Source of the DNA: Callorhinchus milii
Lineage: Eukaryota
DNA length: 64,000 nt
Assembly: GCF_018977255.1 (NCBI RefSeq)
Contig: NW_024704743.1
Coordinates: forward strand, 108,316,001 to 108,380,000
Direction of reading: 5' to 3'
The position numbers were made by a program, and so were the translations under genes. The notes under the pieces are model-generated. The model worked only from the letters and a program-made list of their open reading frames with translations. It was not told where the DNA came from and did no database searches. Positions 61,470-64,000 of this stretch are shown here, piece after piece. How positions within the stretch are numbered: position 1 is the stretch's first letter; every line of letters begins with the position of its first letter.

Positions 61470-62050
61470 GGGAGAGAGTGAGGAGGGGGCAGAGGTGTGT
61501 GTTTGAGAGATGTTAGAAAGGGGGAATGAGAGAGAGCGAGAGAGAGAGATACTGTGTGAGGGGGGTGGGGAGAGAGAGTGATTGACAGAGCCCCTCTCTG
61601 TCAATCACTTCCCTCTCCCCCACAGAGAGAGATTGAAACGGTGGAGTGTGTGTGAGAGTCGGGAGTGTGAGAGAGAGGTAAGAAAGGGGCGACGAGAGTG
61701 AGAGATGAGAAACGGGAGAAAGTATGTGTGAGTGTCAATGAGAAGGGAGAGAGATGGGGAGATTGAGAGAGGGGGGATAGAGAGGGAGTGATTGAGAGAA
61801 AGAGTGTGACAGAGAGGGGGAGAGAGTGCGAGAGGGGATAGAGAGAGTGTGTGTGGAGAGCGGGAGTGAGAGAGTAATTGAGAGGGAGAGTTTGTGAGAG
61901 AGAAAGGAGGAGAATCGGGAGAGAGTTATTGAGAGGGAAAGAGAGAGTGTGAGAGGGGGTTTGAGAGAGTGTGTAAGAGAGAGGAGATTCAGAGTGATTG
62001 ATCAGAGAGAGCATGAGGGAGAGGGGAAAAGAGAGATCAGAGAGAGGTGA
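61470..62050 (+). repeat. Purine-rich (GA/GAGT) low-complexity tract in YTHDF3 intron 3
   Basis: Directly visible; responsible for the spurious ORF 61601..62140. Confidence 0.9.
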
Positions 62051-62472
62051 AGTGAGGGTAGGGTTTCCTGGTTCACTGTCAGGAGTGAGGACGGACACCG
62101 AGTGCCGTGCAGTTTCCTCAAAGAAAGCTCCCCCTTTCACCAGTGAAAAACTTCTATACGCCTCACCCTATCTCTGCGACCTCCCAACCTGGCCGTTCCC
62201 TTTGCAGAGCAAACACCAGCTTACTTCACATCTTTCTCCCCCACCACCCCATCTGCCCTGCCATCGCCATTTTACCCTCTGCTCTCTGGAGTTCCATTCC
62301 CGCCGACTCCCTCCCCTCTTTCAAGACACGTCAAGACCTAACTTTTTTATAACGCTTTTGGTCACCTTTTCCCTCCCCGTCCCCATCTCTCAGCCCTCAC
62401 CCCCAGTTCAGGTGCCCAGCCGACATTGTTGAGTCCTTCCAAAATTAAAAAGTGCTTTGTAAATGTTGTTAT
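62050..62472 (+). mobile_element. Decayed L2 3' fragment
   Basis: PYLCDL, LWSSIP remnants and tgtaaatgttgtt tail. Confidence 0.55.
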
Positions 62473-62932
62473 GTTTCTGGAAGGGAAACATAAAATATTG
62501 TTTAGGCATCCCGTGGAACTTTCTCAAATAGGGAATCTGGCCTGTGGCAGTCAAAAGGTTGGACCACCCTTATTTACACCATTATGTGGACACTTTGAAA
62601 TTTCATTGTTGCTTGAAGTCTAAATTAGCTGCAATCAACATTTAGTATAGATTTTAGGATGGACTGAACACGTGAAACTTAAAATATCGCCTCTCAAAGA
62701 TTACTCCCTGCCTTTAATATGATTAATAGGTTAGGTGATATTTGAATTGTAGTGGAATAATGTAAAATTGATCTGGCTAGCCTCAAGATCTTGATCCCAA
62801 ATAACGAAGCAGCAGTGCAGGATTATTTTACGTATAACTTGAAGGAACTATTGCAAAATGTATGAAAACTTGCAGTCTTGCTGTTTATTTAAATGTTTCA
62901 AATTAAAATATAATGTTATTTTTCTCTTTCAG

Positions 62933-64000
62933 AATAACAGCTACCCACCAATGTCAGACCCATATATGCCCAGTTACTATGCTCCTTCGATTGGATTTCC
63001 ATATTCACTTGGTGAGGCCCCCTGGTCAACTGGGGGTGACCCTCCAATGCCATACTTGACTGCATATGGACAAATGAGCAATGGTGAGCATCACTTTATA
63101 CCAGATGGTGTATTTAGTCAACCTGGGGCCTTGGGGAGCACCCCACCATTTTTGAATCAGCATGGATTTAATTTTTTTCCTGGAAATGCAGACTTTTCTA
63201 CTTGGGGGGCAAGTGGATCTCAGGGACAGTCAACACAAAGTTCTGCATATAGCAGCAGCTATGGCTACCCACCCAGTTCTCTTGGTAGAGCGATAGCTGA
63301 TGGACAAGCTGGATTTGGCAATGATACTTTGAGCAAGGTGCCTGGTATAAATAGCATTGAGCAAGGTATGCCCGGACTAAAAATTGGAGGAGATATGACA
63401 ACAGCTGTTACTAAAACAGTGGGCTCTGCTCTTAGTGGTACCGGTATCTCCAGTGGCATTGTTGCAAATAACATACCAGCAACAAATAATTCAGCACCTA
63501 AACCAACATCATGGGCTGCTATTGCTAGGAAGCCCGCAAAGCCTCAGCCGAAACTAAAGCCTAAGACTAGTGTGGGAATAGGTGGAGCCGCAGTACCACC
63601 ACCGCCTATAAAACACAACATGAATATTGGCACTTGGGAAGACAAGGGAACTGTGGCCAAAGCCCCACCTACACAGCATGTAATGCCTCCTCAAACTGTT
63701 GTCCAACATCAACTTGTCCAACATCAACTTGTCCAACAGCAGCTTGTCCAACAGCAACTGGTCCAACAGCAACTTGTCCAGCAGCCGATCACAATTCAGA
63801 CTCATCCACCTCAGCAACAGCTGCAGCAGCAGCAAGGGCCTCAGCAACAACAACAGTCCCAAGTTCAGTCACAGCCCCAAAACCGCTGGGTGGCTCCTCG
63901 TAACAGGGCAACAGGTTTTGCTCAGAACAGTGGGACGAATAGTGAGAGCTTTGGTTTGGGTATGGCAACGTTGAGCTCTTCACCATCAGGAATAGATGTA
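62933..64000 (+). CDS. YTHDF3: YTHDF3 large coding exon 4, partial (P/Q/G/S-rich low-complexity region up to ...NRWVAPRNR...SGIDV)
   Basis: ctctttcag acceptor, then 356 open codons to the window edge; [32 protein letters not shown] and NRWVAPRNR motifs. Confidence 0.97.
63701..63784 (+). repeat. 15-bp coding tandem repeat (VQHQL)2(VQQQL)3VQQ in YTHDF3 exon 4
   Basis: gtccaaca(t/g)ca(a/g)ct(t/g) repeated about 5.6 times in frame. Confidence 0.93.

Larger units (their letters stand above)
51017..64000 (+). other. YTHDF3: YTHDF3 gene span, 5' part (continues beyond the window; YTH domain not included)
   Basis: Four exons join to [71 protein letters not shown]..., characteristic of YTHDF3; position head-to-head with TTPA. 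Confidence 0.95.

Overview
This is eukaryotic (vertebrate) genomic DNA, most likely a cartilaginous fish. That is inferred from the Deu-type tRNA-SINE / L2 / CR1 / Penelope repeat landscape; the species cannot be named from the sequence alone. The window carries the conserved GGH-TTPA-YTHDF3 block. GGH (gamma-glutamyl hydrolase) is complete on the minus strand: 9 coding exons, 23123->5990, 318 aa, catalytic Cys/His/Glu intact. TTPA (alpha-tocopherol transfer protein) is complete on the minus strand: 5 coding exons, 42412->25157, 276 aa. The 5' part of YTHDF3 (m6A reader) lies on the plus strand: ATG at 51017, with exon 4 running off the window before the YTH domain. All exons were placed by hand from GT-AG sites and phase continuity. 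Introns and intergenic DNA are packed with SINEs, L2 and CR1 fragments (often nested), an internally deleted hAT (Charlie/Buster-type) transposon, and two tandem arrays that bracket GGH exon 1. No prokaryotic system, CRISPR array or true tRNA/rRNA gene is supported. The best unexplained signals are: a candidate poison exon in YTHDF3 intron 3 whose splice acceptor sits in a CpG-rich hairpin; an overlapping uORF on YTHDF3; a 140-bp SINE head copied almost exactly over 11 kb; a Penelope-type minimal hammerhead motif in GGH pre-mRNA; a 61-nt L2-derived fold-back; and a (VQQQL)n expansion in the YTHDF3 low-complexity region. Repeat boundaries are approximate.
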